From assembly GCA_964247055.1 (NCBI GenBank), contig OZ176059.1, positions 1,364,001-1,428,000 of the forward strand: a DNA stretch of 64,000 nt. Reading direction: 5' to 3'. Positions 25,500-39,085 of this stretch are shown here, piece by piece. The position numbers were made by a program, and so were the translations under genes. How positions within the stretch are numbered: the stretch's first letter is position 1; the number at the start of each line of letters is the position of its first letter. The notes under the pieces were generated by a model. It was not told the origin of the DNA. It made no database searches and saw only the letters and a list, made by a program, of their open reading frames with translations. The stretch is from Paragordius varius. Lineage: Eukaryota > Animalia > Nematomorpha.

Positions 25500-26580
25500 C
25501 CAGGTATCCAGATAAGGTTGTAATAGACTTGCTCCTTACCGTTACTGCCAACACTGGACGACCCGTACCGCCTTCATACGCTTTTACACGCCTCAGGGCA
25601 TGGGTAAAAGATAAACACACATAAGCTACGTTCGCCAAAAGCTAGCGTGGTAATCATGGTGAATTTTATTCACAAAAAAAGTTTCTAGCAAGCATTGCCA
25701 TCAGAAGAAAAAAGGTGTTGAAGCTTATCGTTAAATATGGTGAACATGCTCCATTTCAACACATGTAAAACATGGTTTCAAAATGTTAAAAGTGATTTCA
25801 TGGGAAAGAGTGAAGGCGTTCTGGCCCATTTTACAACTAAACGCTAAAGAGTTATTAGATGATGATACAACTCAAACTTAACAAATGGCAGGTGCATCAC
25901 ATATATCGCAAAAAACAATCAAATGTCTAGGAGTATTGGGAAAGATTTATAAACTCGATAAATGTATACCACACAATTTGAATTAATGTAAAATCGAAAA
26001 TCGCATTGACCTATGAAATCCTACTAACGTCACGAAAGAAAATTATTTATTGAATTGTAGCAGCAGATGAGATGTGGCGATTAAATTTAAGGCAGAGAAA
26101 ATCGTGTTTAACTTGCTAAGACGATCCCAAAACCGTGGGCAAACGGCATCGGCAAGAAAATGCCATGTGTGTGGTGGAATCAGATAGATAATTTTAAAAA
26201 TTTGAAACCGTTATTACATAACACATTCGCCAACAAGTGACTTAATTAAATGCATTAATAGTAAAAACGACAGTAATCGGAGAGAAGATATGGCAAAGTG
26301 AGTATTTTATATGACAATATTCCGTCGCCAGCAAAACCATACACCTTAAAATCGCTTCGTAATGACACTCTTTCGCATCCGTTAAACTCGCTTGTACTGG
26401 AGCCATATAAATAGGATCCACCCTCGCAGCGCAGTTTTCAATAATTTTGAAGAGGTTGGGGCTTGATGAAGGGGTATCTAAAAGAATATCATTTTTTCTG
26501 GTACGGAATTCATATATTACATAAGAGAAGGGGAAAATGTTTAGAATCCGAAGTCCAATACTTTGAAAAATATATATATA
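25500..26580 (+). pseudogene. Degenerate mariner (Mos1-like DD34D) transposon
   Basis: Fragments in order across many stops and frameshifts: HQKKK, KYGEHAP, ELLDDDTTQT, IPHNL (WVPHEL), ADEMW (GDEKW), VWWNQ (VWWDQ), LYDNIPS (LHDNAPS), SEVQYFE (SDGKYFE). The left end begins CCAGGT. Confidence 0.85.
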
Positions 26581-27076
26581 TAAACTTCTTTTTATGTGGC
26601 GATCAAAAAATTTAACATTTGTAATCTAATGTATGCTAAAAAAATTATATTTAAAAAAAAATTGTTTACATATATGGTATTAGTAAGTATACTTAGCTTG
26701 CCAGTAGCATATTCAGCAAAAGGGAGTATTATGGGCGCATATTTTTTTTACTTTTTTATTAACCAAGAAGATGCTATTTGGTGTATATGAGATCTAACAA
26801 TATTTAATAGAAAATTAGCGGGAATATTTCATACTTTCAAATCTAAAACTCTAACCGTGTAACACCAATAAAAAAACTATAATTCCCATTCAAGTGTTAA
26901 ATATGTTAAAGCGAAAAACTTTTTAAAAATCTAAATTTTCCATATATATAATTGCAACGTTATCACAAATTTAATCATTTAACAACAAAATTTATTTGAT
27001 AGATATATGTATATATGTAGAAAAAAAAATTATCAACAACCATAATTTAATATGAGATGATACAATAAAAAAAGGC

Positions 27077-28251
27077 TTAAAACAAATCATGGATATTAAT
27101 AGGCATCTCATCAATCTGTGTACTGTAATATTGTTCAATATCTCGTAAGATACGAATGTCATCTTTATTGGCAAAATTTATGGCGACACCCTTTTTACCA
27201 AAACGACCGGAACGACCAATTCTATGGATATATAACTCACGGCTATTTGGTAATTCATAATTGATTACCAGAGATACCTATATATATATAATATATTTTA
27301 AAACAAGGATTTAACATGAATTTTGCAAACATATTAAACGCAATATCAAAATTTTGCATGGTTTTATAAATAATCATTCAATATAATAAAGTGTGTAAAA
27401 GATCATTAAATGCATAATTAAACATTTAAATATCATTGGCAAGATAGTAATTTAATATTACTAGTTAATATAGTAAATATCTGGCTTTAATCATATCAAA
27501 AACAATATAATTTTTCTTAATAAAACATTTTAAATACTACTTATAAAAACGTAGAATTTTAACTGTTAGAGCAACAATAATTGTAAAACCAAAATTACAA
27601 AATAAAATGCAAAAAATTAAATAATTAACTACAAAAAATACATACCTGTTGAACATCCAATCCACGAGACCATATATCGGTTGTAATCAAGACGCGAGTT
27701 TCGAAATTTCTGAAAGCCGTCATAACTTGATTTCTTTCGGCTTGAGTCATACCGCTGTGCATAGAGCTGACCTATCAATTTAAAAAAATATGTTAAAAAT
27801 GAAAATAAAAGTATTGAATAAAATTTTATTTGAGTCTTATCTCAAGAGTATATATTTTTTAATATAACAAACAAAATTTTCAATAGTATTAAAAAATAAC
27901 CAAACTACAAGAAAGTGGTATGTATAAAACATAATTTATGCCCTAAAAAAGTGTTATTAACAAAAAAATGCTTAAACTTATAATCCCTTGGTATACACTA
28001 TATAAAACAAAATATATTTAAGCAATTTTTTAATGCACCCATTTTGTAAAAAATAATAAGTAAAAAAATTTAAAAAAATACGGTAAAATTTGAAGCTTTC
28101 ATCTTTTGTGTTAACCAATCCACCTTACGTTTCGTGTTACAAAAAATGACGGCTTGCGTTATAACGAGACTGTCATAAATATCAACCAAAGTTTCAAATT
28201 TCCAATCCTCTTGTTCGACGGCAACAAAGAATTGTTTGATACCTTGCAAAA

Positions 28252-28298
<47 letters not shown>

Positions 28299-29859
28299 GA
28301 AACAATTAATAAAATAAAAAAAAGTATTTGGAAAATCAAACATTTCAATAAAATTATAAACTAGAAATAAGTTACATAAAAGCAAACCTTACTTACGTTT
28401 GTTATAATAAACAAACATATTAATATTAAATGTAATTAAAAATATAAATAGATTAATAAAATCCACATTTTGTTAAAATTTTTTATTTTTAAATGATATG
28501 ATAGCTATCCTACCTTCAAGAGTTAACTCATCACGTTTAACCAAAATTCGAATAGGGTCAGTCATAAATTTGCTGGTCATTTCCAAGATTTCGTGGGGCA
28601 ATGTTGCTGAAAATAAGATAACTTGGGTTTGAGGCGGTAAAAATCTATATAAATAACGGTCATAAATTGATATTTAAAACCAAAATTTTAACTATATTCT
28701 AATTCCGATACCAGATTACATAGTTTAACACTATTTGTATTTAATTTAAATGGTTTTGATAATTTCATTATATATTACACATAAATATTCAAAAAATATA
28801 ACCATACCAAAATGTTGTATTATATATTGTTGATCAAATGATTAAAAAGAAATTATATTTGAAACTCAAAGAAAAAAGTGTTTTCTATTTTAATAAATTA
28901 ATAAAAAACAGTTTTGAGTCTAAAAAAAAAATTAAATAGAGCTTATATATAATCCTAGAATTAATCCAAACAGCATATAAAAATGGAACAAATAAGTAAA
29001 ATAAGCAAAGTGATATACCTGTAAATATCATAAATTTGTTCCTTGAATCCTTTGCTTAACATTTCATCCGCTTCATCAATAACTAAGAGTTTAATATTTC
29101 GAGTTCGAAGACATTTACGTTGAATCATGTCAAAAACACGACCTGGAGTTCCAGCCACTATATGTTGACCATAATCAAGCTTTCTAAAACATGAAAAATA
29201 ACATATATTATAAATTATATATATATATATATTATAGATTAAAACAGTTTTTTAAAACTAATCTTTTATAATCAACTAATTTAAATTTTTTTTTATAAAA
29301 TTTCATAAAACCATAATTAACCATAAAATATTACCTAATATCCTCACCCAAATTTGTACCACCTATGCAGGCATGGCATTGAACGTTCATCCGATCACCC
29401 AAAGCTAAAACGACACGTTGAATTTGTTGAGCCAGCTCTCTCGTTGGTGCAAGAATTAAGGCTTGAGTATCCCTTAATTTTGTATCAATACTTTGAAGCG
29501 TACCTATGGCAAAGGTAGCTGTTTTACCGGTACCAGATTGGGCTTGGGCTATTACATCCTTACCCTGTATAATTGGCAGGATAGCTCTTTGTTGAATGGC
29601 TGAAGGTTTTTCAAAGCCATATGCGTATATACCTAAGTTAAAAAATAAAGAAATATGTGTACATTGGATCAGTATGTTATGAAAAATGATAAATAGTGTA
29701 CGAACCTTGAAGAAGTGTCTTATCCAACCCCATTTTGTCAAAGCTCGTGGTTTTTTTAACATTTTCACTAGTTTCGAATTCAACGTTCGCCAATATGGAA
29801 TCATCAGTAATGCGTATCCTTCTGCCGCGAGAAGTAGAATCGTCTTCAATATCGGACAT
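27077..29859 (-). CDS. EIF4A3: Eukaryotic initiation factor 4A-III / DDX48, EJC core DEAD-box helicase, 411 aa. Exons: 29859-29706, 29632-29335, 29183-29019, 28644-28514, 28242-28082, 27771-27646, 27277-27077
   Basis: All helicase motifs are present ([46 protein letters not shown]). eIF4A-III-type features include VEFETSE, KLDYGQH, DIW.RGLD, and C-terminal IDEMP. Exon lengths sum to 1236 nt with consistent phases. Introns are 73, 151, 374, 271, 310 and 368 nt. Confidence 0.96.
28253..28294. repeat. (TA)n microsatellite, representative of many
   Basis: Directly visible. Others at ~10514-10539, 11578-11604, 13875-13900, 16810-16834, 16974-17005, 29215-29232, 33700-33738, 44625-44648, 47921-47938, 51250-51270, 52241-52272, 52888-52910 and 54193-54232. 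Confidence 0.97.
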
Positions 29860-31399
29860 GTTAATAATGTATGTATGAAAATTTTAAAAACAAAAAAGAA
29901 AATCAATTTTTTGTTGCAGTTAAGCATTTTAATATGCATAAGTTTTACATTTGTAGATTTATGGTCGACACAAAATTTTCGCGTACTGATAGAAAAATTT
30001 TAAGCGAAGGCTAAATGTTTGAATCCAAAAAAATTCTGACCGTTTGGGGTAGTTTTATATAACAAAGTGAATCGAAAATTATAAGGATTTAAGGTATTAG
30101 GTCGTATTTAAAGTCTTTCTTAGCAATTTAGAGACCTAATACAAAATTATTTTTTAAAAATCTAAAATTGTAAATATATCCCTACCAAACATTTTCGCCG
30201 CCATTTAATTTTTTTTAAACTTTATGACTTTTCCATTTTTTGTCCGCGATGACATATTCGGGTAGTTTCATATTACAAAGCACAATCTTAAAAAAAAACT
30301 ACTGTTCTCAAAGCTATTTTAGTTAAAGTTTTATTATCTAGCATTAGATAAATATTTTATATAGTTTTGTAACTTCTAAGGGATTAATGCTTTTTTCGGC
30401 ACGCAAATGTGCTCCAAAAAATGTATTTAAAGATATAACACCCAAAATTGGGCTAAAAAATCAAAAATCAAAGGGGCGGAAAGATATTGTGGTGGAAATC
30501 GGTTCTAAAGTCTAAAATTGAAACAGCTTCAAAACAAGATTAAAAATTATATCAAAATCGATAAATATCAAGTTTTTCTATAAAATGCAATCTAAAAGCT
30601 CTCTAAAATTAGTTATTTACATTTTCCAACCAGTATATACATTTTTCTATTGAGTTAACGATGTTAAAAAATTCAAAGAAAAAATGGAGGAAGTATGAGA
30701 ATTTTTTATGATTTTACATTTTTAGAAAAAAATATTTTTGTATTATGCGCTTAAAGGTTAAAGAAAGTATTTTACATTCGCCCTAATGCCTTAAACTTTA
30801 TTAAGATATTCAAATTTTAAATTTCTGTGGCTAAATTACCCGAAAAGTTCTTTTTGCACACATTACATTAATTAAATTTTGGAGAAAGCTAAATGCTTTA
30901 ATCCTATTAACTACATATAAAAAAGCTAAACAATGGGTGGGGTGATAAAAAAGTCGCACTTGACTTGTAAGCCAAGCGTGGCAAGTTGAGCAAGATTACT
31001 TAAGCCAGCAAGTGTACACTTGAAGATCGGTGATAAAAAAAACACTTAAGTCAAGTCTTTTGCTTATGAATGTAACAGTTTTTTGCCACCCAATTCGAAT
31101 TTTATGGAAATTCTTTGGATCATTTTCAGCTAAAATTTATGAAATAAGGCACAAAAAGATAAAAAATAAATACAATATGCATTTATTGAAGTTTTTCACT
31201 CACTGGCATGTATCTTATATAATATTATAGAGTTTTCTAAATTGTGAGCCTGGTAATAATTTTTAGATTGATGAAACCATTCGCCCTTAAAACACTTTCC
31301 ATTATTTTACCACACTACTTATTTTGTTTTGAGGCCAGTTGCAATATAATGGGAAGATGTTATACAATACAACATAATTATTTTTAATTGATTATAAAC

Positions 31400-33703
31400 T
31401 AATGTGACCAGATATTTTAAACTTGAACGCAGTACAAAATTAAAACATACTTTGCCTGTTTTTACACCATCGTGTAGTATACACAGTTTCAAAATATCCT
31501 GATGAAATATATATAATCTGATGGGAAAATATAAATATTAAGTGCTTTTGATTCCTTTATGAGTTATAAAGAAATTTATTTACAATTTTGTGGTAGGTGC
31601 TCCGTATAATACAAAAGGTAAGCAATTTTTTTCAAAAATTATCACTAAAATATAACATAAACTACATATATAAAGCAAAAAATATTTTTAAATTTCTAGT
31701 AGGCTCTGAAAGTCCCAAACTTTTTGACTCTTTTAAAATGGACTGTTCTCTTAAAATAAACGCAAAAATTCCGATATTGTGCAATAATTTTAAGTATACT
31801 AAATTTTGATATCAACTAAATATATTTTTTAGAAAATAAACACTTTCAAAAATTTAATTTTTAGCAAAATTTTGTTGAAGCATACTTCATATATAGAGAT
31901 GGAAACGATATAAACGGTTGATATGTTATAATACATATTATATATATATATATATATAATCGATAACGCTAATTATCAATAAAAATTTTGATTAAAATAT
32001 TCGTTCGTTTTCAGATTTATGTTAAATATAAATTGTGTTATTTGACAAAAATTCACCAAAATTTGCAATCAAACAAACCTTTAAATTAGAATTCTGAACC
32101 TATAGTATGTTCAACATCATCGAATTATTAAAAAGGGATTTATTATATATTATACCGTTTACATCATGCTTCAAAATCGTTAGAACGCTTCAACAAAATA
32201 TCTCAAATTTGTTTAAGCAAAAAAAATAAAAAAATTAATAAAAATAAAGTTTAGGAAAAACTAATAATATACCTCCCACATAATGAGTATAGAAAACGTA
32301 AAAACTCTTATACGAAAAAAGGTTATGAAATTATATGCCATATATAATAAATTTTATGCATATGTAGGGTTGTGCATTTGACTGCTTTTTCAAAAAAGTC
32401 CGGTCAGACTTAGTCAGACCATGGTCATGACCACGGATATGACTTCTTTTTACCTGAGTAAATACCATGCGATATTGGATGAAAATAATGTTCGATCGAC
32501 AATTACGTTTCAGTCAAATAATGTCATGTTTTTCCTTAAAAGTTGGATTAGACATTTTTTTATATTTATTTTTACAAATATATGAATCAAATTTAATCAA
32601 GTTTGGTTTCAAATAAATTTTGCCACATGTTTGTGGTCTGAATCTTCAGGTAAATAGCTTTTAATACTGGATATTTTAAATAAAATTTTATCTAGTTTGT
32701 TTCACACATTCTTTCATCATTGAAATATCCAATTATAAAATGATTCATTTTATTAGTTCACATATATGGAATAATTGCATATTTTGCAAAGTGATTGATT
32801 GTTTGGTTTTTCGAAATAACTGGACGTGCTTAAATGCTAATGTTATAAGGATGCATTTTTAACAATTTATTATTGTTAAATAAGCTCATTTAAATATTTA
32901 ATTTATATTTTTGATATAAAAAACAATAAAATCTTACTATCTCAAAAATTTACCAGCAATTTTTCAAAAAACAGCGTAAGGTTATAATATTCTATTTTGT
33001 TAACACACTCAATTCATGTTGCATCAGTTATTTTGTATTTGAATATTATATATATATTTCGAGTTAAAGCTTATCTGTTGTTGAGAATAACCATTGTGTA
33101 ACGTCTACGCAAATAAGGCATGCACACATAAAAAGAACTTGTGATATAATAGCCACTCACTTTTTTATTTTGGATTTCTTTTTATCGCTCAACTCTATTT
33201 TAATATACCATATTGCTATACGTGAATAAATTAACTTTACAATGACCATGGTCAAAAAATAAATAGTCACTAAGCTGGTCATGTGGTCAGCACAACCCTA
33301 GTCATATGTTGCGGAAATAACAATTTCTATATAATTTTCCGTTTGATAATTATAACAAAAATGAACTTTCTAAACTTGATCAAACATTTTTAAAAATATC
33401 ATAAATTAAATTTGTTAATTTTAAATTTTAAAGCACCTCTTTTTGAGGAAGCCCTGAGTGAAAGAGCCATTCTGAATTTTATGGTGTGGAGTCCGAGATT
33501 TAGATTTTCACATTGCGCGAAATGCTGCTAAGTTTTATGTATAATTCAAGCAGAAAATAAAATATTAACCAATTAAAAACAGGCCAATCTTTGTTTTTTA
33601 CCGCAAAATGAACCATTTCTTTACAAATTATGGGGTTATTCTTACTGGGGATAATATATTAAATTCTAAAATAATTATTTGAATAAATAAAAGGTCATTA
33701 ATA

Positions 33704-33739
<36 letters not shown>

Positions 33740-33849
33740 ATTAAATTTTTTAATTTCAAAAGCAGTACAAAATTGGACGCAGTACTGGCGCAGTTTTTTT
33801 CTGAAAATCCAGTACTGTACTGCGAAAAACAGCCTATCTGGTCACATTA
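31400..33849. mobile_element. Non-autonomous hAT element with perfect 8-bp TSD
   Basis: TIR TAATGTGACCAGATA / TATCTGGTCACATTA. TSD TTATAAAC at 31392-31399 and 33850-33857. Subterminal GCAGTAC repeats. Confidence 0.9.
32365..33300. mobile_element. Second hAT-like element nested inside 31400-33849
   Basis: TIR TAGGGTTGTGC / GCACAACCCTA. Flanks TGCATATG and GTCATATG (6 of 8 match). Subterminal TGACCATGGTCA palindromes at both ends. Confidence 0.8.
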
Positions 33850-35024
33850 TTATAAACATTACATTCGAAATAAATTTATAATGAAATAAATTCCTTACAT
33901 TGGATAAAAGTGAAGTTTTGCTTTTAATAAACGAAGATTTGAAATTTTATAAGATTAATATCTAATTATTATTGAGAAATTTTCGAGAATCCAATTTTTT
34001 TTCCGGTCAAGGAATTGATATATTTAGCATATTTTTATGTGCCATGTTATTTAATATTAGCAGAGTCTTTCTATAATTTTATCCTCTTTTGTATCCACCC
34101 AATGAATAGATTAATTAGCCTAAAATTATCAAATTAACTATTATTAATAAATGATTGAATTACATATAAAACCTAAATTTTGTATATAAATAGTTTCCAA
34201 AATAATTTTATCCATATTTTTAACTGTCAAGTGTGCCCTACACCACACTTGCAAAATCTTTAAGTTTTACTTGAACATATGATTTTTTATCACATCCTTA
34301 TCAAGTTTTCTTGCTTGACTTAAGTCGTGTAATGTTAAATTTTTTTTATCACATGAAAGCAAGCCATGACTTGAAAAACTTGCAAGTCAAGTCAAAAAAA
34401 ATTTTTTATCACCCGACCCAATATTTTTAAAAAATTAATTATTAGATAAATACTCTCAAAATCCCATATTTTTTTGCTCTTCTAAAATGTGGTGTAAGCG
34501 CAAAAATCCTTAGATATCGACATAATATTAAATATAAATTAAAGCTTTATAAAAAAGTTAACTTTTTACAAAAATTTAATTTTTAACAAAATTTGAAGTG
34601 TACTTCATTCTATTTTGATGCATGATGGAATTGGTAAAAAAACTCTTTAAGATAAAAAAAGATTTTTCGAAATAATTCGATGATGCTAGTTTCCATCACC
34701 TTAGAATCGGAATTTAAAGGTTCGTTGCTTTCTAATTTAATGATTTTCGAACAAATATCATAACAAAATTCTGAGGTGATAGAAACTTTATCATCGAAAT
34801 TTATGAAAAAGTGTTTTTGTAATATTTTAAGGCGTTTTAATACGGCTTCCATCAGGCCATAAAATAGTATGAAGCAAGCTTCAACAAATTTTTCCTAAAT
34901 AGTAAATTTTTTAATAAAGGATGCATTTTTTTATTTCAGTTTATGTCAAAATTTAGCAAATATTATTTTATGGCGAAATCACGGCATTTTTGCGTTTAGC
35001 TCAAACTTAAAAGGCCTATTTTAA

Positions 35025-35605
35025 CATTTGTATACAACACACTCATTTTAGTCCTTCGATTCAAATTGGGGTAGTTGTATACCACAGGCCTGTTTAAAAT
35101 TAAATTCTGTAAAAAATATAGAAGGAATCGAAATTATGGCAAAATTTTGCACTTATCTAACAATAATAAACCGAAATATAAAAAAATTTTATTCAAAAAT
35201 ACTTGATATTGCCTATTTTAAGCTAAAACCGAAAGGTAAAAATTTCGTCAAAGTGACATGTGCCAAATTGTAAAATTGAAAAATTATACAAACTAAACCG
35301 CTTTTTTTATTTCTATCAATGTTAGATATAATTTATATGAAAAATTAGCTTTAGTTTTTCCCTTAAAATTAAATAAAGACGATATTTTGCAAAAATTTTG
35401 TAAAATAAAAATGGCGTCGAAGTAGTTTGAGATGGAACTTTTTTTTCAAAATAAAATTTTATCAAGATATTTTGGCATATTTATATAATATTTATCAGGA
35501 TAGAAGTATAAATTTAAATTGGGACCGTTTTCTTCAGTAGTTTTTTATAAATATTAATGTAAATTTAATCTGGGGTATTTAGATACCCTAATATGAGTCG
35601 AAGTG
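35025..35605 (+). mobile_element. Family A MITE nested in a family B copy (~34450-35800)
   Basis: TTAA|CATTTGTATACAACAC ... GTCGAAGTG|TTAA; full-length homology to 21663-22233. Confidence 0.85.
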
Positions 35606-38345
35606 TTAAAAGAGCGAAAAAATTTTGGACTTTTGGAGCCTACATCTATAAACTAAAAATTTTTTAAAATATTGTTTTGTTTTTTATAGGTAGTTTATAA
35701 TATTTTTTATTGATATTTTTGGAATGAAGCATTTATCTTTCACCAATAATATTTAACTCAAACAATTGTGCAATTTTGACATTTTCTGATGTGGAACATT
35801 TAGCATAAAAGTGTAAATAACTTTCTTATAATACTCGCAAAGTCCAAAATCAAAAGTATTATGATAATTCCGGTACATTTTCCCATCAGAAGATATATAT
35901 TTCTTCAGGTTATTTTTTTGTGAACACTGTTCAAATGCACCGAGGGTGGAAACTTTCATACTCACATGTGTAGAAATAGGGTTCTTGGACAAACATTGAT
36001 CTTCAGGAATACGTGTAGACCACCTATTCGAATTCAATTTTTTAAATGATCAGAGAGTGACTGAGCTATATTTTAAACAAGCCTCTAAATTTCGACTCAT
36101 GTCAAAATAAGGATTTATGTTAGATATAACTAATCAATTTTTTGAAAAGCAAATTAAACCTTCTGGATTAAATAATTCTCTACATATTTGTTCTATGAAG
36201 TTGAAGATATAATTAATCGCTTGGTAGGGCTTTAATCATCGATCTTATAAAATGGTGACTTTCAAACAATTTGGACTCACATTAGACTATATTAGATTTT
36301 TCGTGTGAGAGAAAAATTTTTATACTTTTTACATTATCCGCTGGGTTTGGATACCGATGTAATACACGCTTACAATATCAAGATTTAAGCAATTTTTTCG
36401 ACAAAAGTATGGTTTTGCAGAAAATCACTGTTTTGTCCATTCAGCGAGGCATGGCGCACCGCTAGTATATATCTAATTTATTACAATTCCTATTTTGCAT
36501 TTGTAATTTTACACAACGTAGATATTAGGACACCCTAAAATAAGTATATTAATTCATGGCAAAAATACTGTATATTTGTTAAGTAATATTATCAAAGGTT
36601 GATAATTAATGATTAATTGAGATTAACTTAAAGTTAATTTTTTATGGGTTTGATTTCTAGCATACTTTAAATTTATATTCATATAAAATTTATTATCGCG
36701 CAATCGACTTTTCATCTATATTTCCGTATTTAAGCGGTAATAAATGTAAGAAATTCGAAGCTCATGAATAATTTGTAATTAAAAATGTTTTATTTCTTAA
36801 CTATACATTGAAATTATTTGGTGTCCACTTTAGGATTTTATTATTAAATATAATAAATCTCTATTTTGAAAATGATTTAAACAAATTGACAAAAACCTAA
36901 GATAATGAAGAATCGATAGTTTTATATTTTCCAAATAATATTAGGATATTAAGTTCAAAAGACATCAATTCATAATTTTTGAATTAGTTAAACTAATGTA
37001 ATATTGCACTGAAGTAGAAGACGATTCCATAGGATGTAAAAAAAATTTATTTAGAAACCGTTGGTTTTCACACAAAATTTTATCGATCTATTATATGAGT
37101 GGAAATAATTCTTGATTCTTCTTCGATATTTCTTTCTTAATGTTATATATCCAAATAGGATTTTTTTGAGTTAATTTTTATTTGGCATTAGCCAAAGATT
37201 TTGTACAATATAAAATCTTGGTTAAAAATTGGTCGAGCGATAGTTTAGATCGATTAAATTTTATAAAAAAATTTACTGTGAAACCCCTGTCAAAATATTA
37301 TTGGAATATTTATCTTTTCACCTTTATTTTGGATCATAACAAAAAAACTTATTATGCGTAAAAAATTCCAAAAATCTCCTTCCAATTACTTTTTTTAATA
37401 GAGTAAAATATCATGTTTTAACAACTGTCGCATCCCGTCTGCATTTATCTTTCATTACCGCATTGTGGAATTTCCTATTCGATGATTATTTAAATCTAGG
37501 AGTTTCAGGTTAAAAAAATCATCCCCATTGCGCTGCAAAGATTTTCTCCATATTTCTGGAAAATATAGATAATAATATTAATAATCTATAAAAGGCTCTT
37601 GATTTTTACGGAAATTTCAAATTTTCTATCTTCTGTTTGTTTTATTAATGGTTGCTATCTAGATTTTAGATTTAGAGATTTTACAAAATTTATTTGGGGC
37701 TGTTTAATCATATTTTAGCAAAAACAACTTTAAAATCAGTTTTCGAGTTTGTTGATTTGTCATAAATAGGGATAGTAGGATCCAGGCCAATTTTAAATCA
37801 TATAATACAAAAACTAATCGGTTCAAAATTATATTTATACTTCTATCTAAATAAAATATAAATCAAATCATATAAATGTGTTTTGAAACATCCATCTCAC
37901 TGTTAAGATTGTTTTGATTTTACAACATTTTATAACATATAGTTAATATAATGCTAAGATAACGCCAAAATCAAAACTTATTTTTAAATTCTATTTAACA
38001 TTATCAAAAAAAGGCAAATTTCGAAATAAACATCTTAAAATGTTTGATTTTAAACGGACCGGGGTCTCAATGTTAATTAAATTCAACATGTTTTTGATTA
38101 TTTTGGAAGTATAGTTATTTAGATACCACCCAAATCTAATTCAAACAAACAGCTAATTTTGTTGAAATCCAATAAATTTTCTGCATGTGGAAACAAGCAC
38201 TTTAATATTATTTTATTGAAACCAAAATATAATACCAGATCACAAATGTATATAAGAATGATTGTATACGCCAAATATTGTCGTGTTACCATTAAAGTGT
38301 AGCTTATATTTTTTATCGTCCGTAAAAAATACATATATTATGTTA

Positions 38346-38869
38346 AATTATCCGATTCAAATTGGAGTATCTAAATAGCCAAGACAATATTAAAGTGATA
38401 ATTTAAAAAAAAATACTGAAAGACACGGTTATTTTTAAATTTTTGTTTCTATCATAATAATTAAATAAAAAATAACTAAAAAATAATTAGTTTGGAAAAA
38501 AGTTCCGTATCAAACTAGTTTTACGTTATTTTTATTTTACAATATTTTTGCAAAATATCGTGTTCAATTGATTTCTAAGGCTAAAACTAAGTTTATTTTT
38601 TTATTAAAATCACATTTAACTGTAATATAAACAGAAAATTGGTATATTTTTATCACGCATGTTCATTAAATGTTTACATTTGGGTTTTTCCTCTGAATAA
38701 GTAATATCAAGTATTTTTGAATGATTTTTTTTAAATTCAGATTAATGTTATATCCTTTGCCATGGCTTCAAATTATCCAATATTTTCCCATTATTTAATT
38801 TTAAATAAGTCTGAAGTATCCAAGGACCCCATTTTGAAACGAAGTGACGTGAATGTGTTGTATCCAAGT
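38346..38869 (-). mobile_element. Family A MITE, old copy in reverse orientation
   Basis: Reverse complement of family blocks (GTGTTGTATCCAAGT end, GATTCAAATTGG, AAAAAAGTTCC); more diverged than the others. Confidence 0.7.
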
Positions 38870-39072
38870 TAAAAAATTGGCTATAAGTTAAAGGAAATTA
38901 AATGTTTTGCTATATTATTGTATATTGTTACAAGACAGCTCATTCAAAGGCAAAAAATTTACTCACTAAAAGTTAATAATTGTGTTATAAAAAATATTAT
39001 TTATTTTTCAAGATAAAATACAAGGCAATCATTTAGCTTAATTTCATATATACATTTTTTCATCTGTATTTG

Positions 39073-39085
39073 GCTTCCTATCCTC
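39073..39085 (+). promoter_or_regulatory. Pyrimidine-rich tract immediately 5' of the RPL37A ATG (possible TOP/TCT-like leader)
   Basis: GCTTCCTATCCTC precedes the ATG. Animal ribosomal-protein genes typically initiate in such tracts, but the transcription start is not known here. Confidence 0.35.

Larger units (their letters stand above)
30935..34419. mobile_element. Family E copy 2, split by a nested 2.45-kb hAT element
   Basis: AAT|GGGTGGGGTGATAAAAAA ... TTTTATCACCCGACCC|AAT. 30935-31399 and 33858-34419 are colinear with the uninterrupted copy at 6967-7970. Confidence 0.85.

Noticed and set aside
35753-36037. 94-aa minus-strand ORF containing KYISSDGKMY, reminiscent of a mariner C-terminus
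   Set aside because: One short motif only, no other transposase motif, and the ORF runs into a family B arm.
36430-36470. Possible Helitron 3' end (GC-rich stretch followed by CTAGT)
   Set aside because: The hairpin is poor, there is no second copy, and no 5' TC end could be identified.
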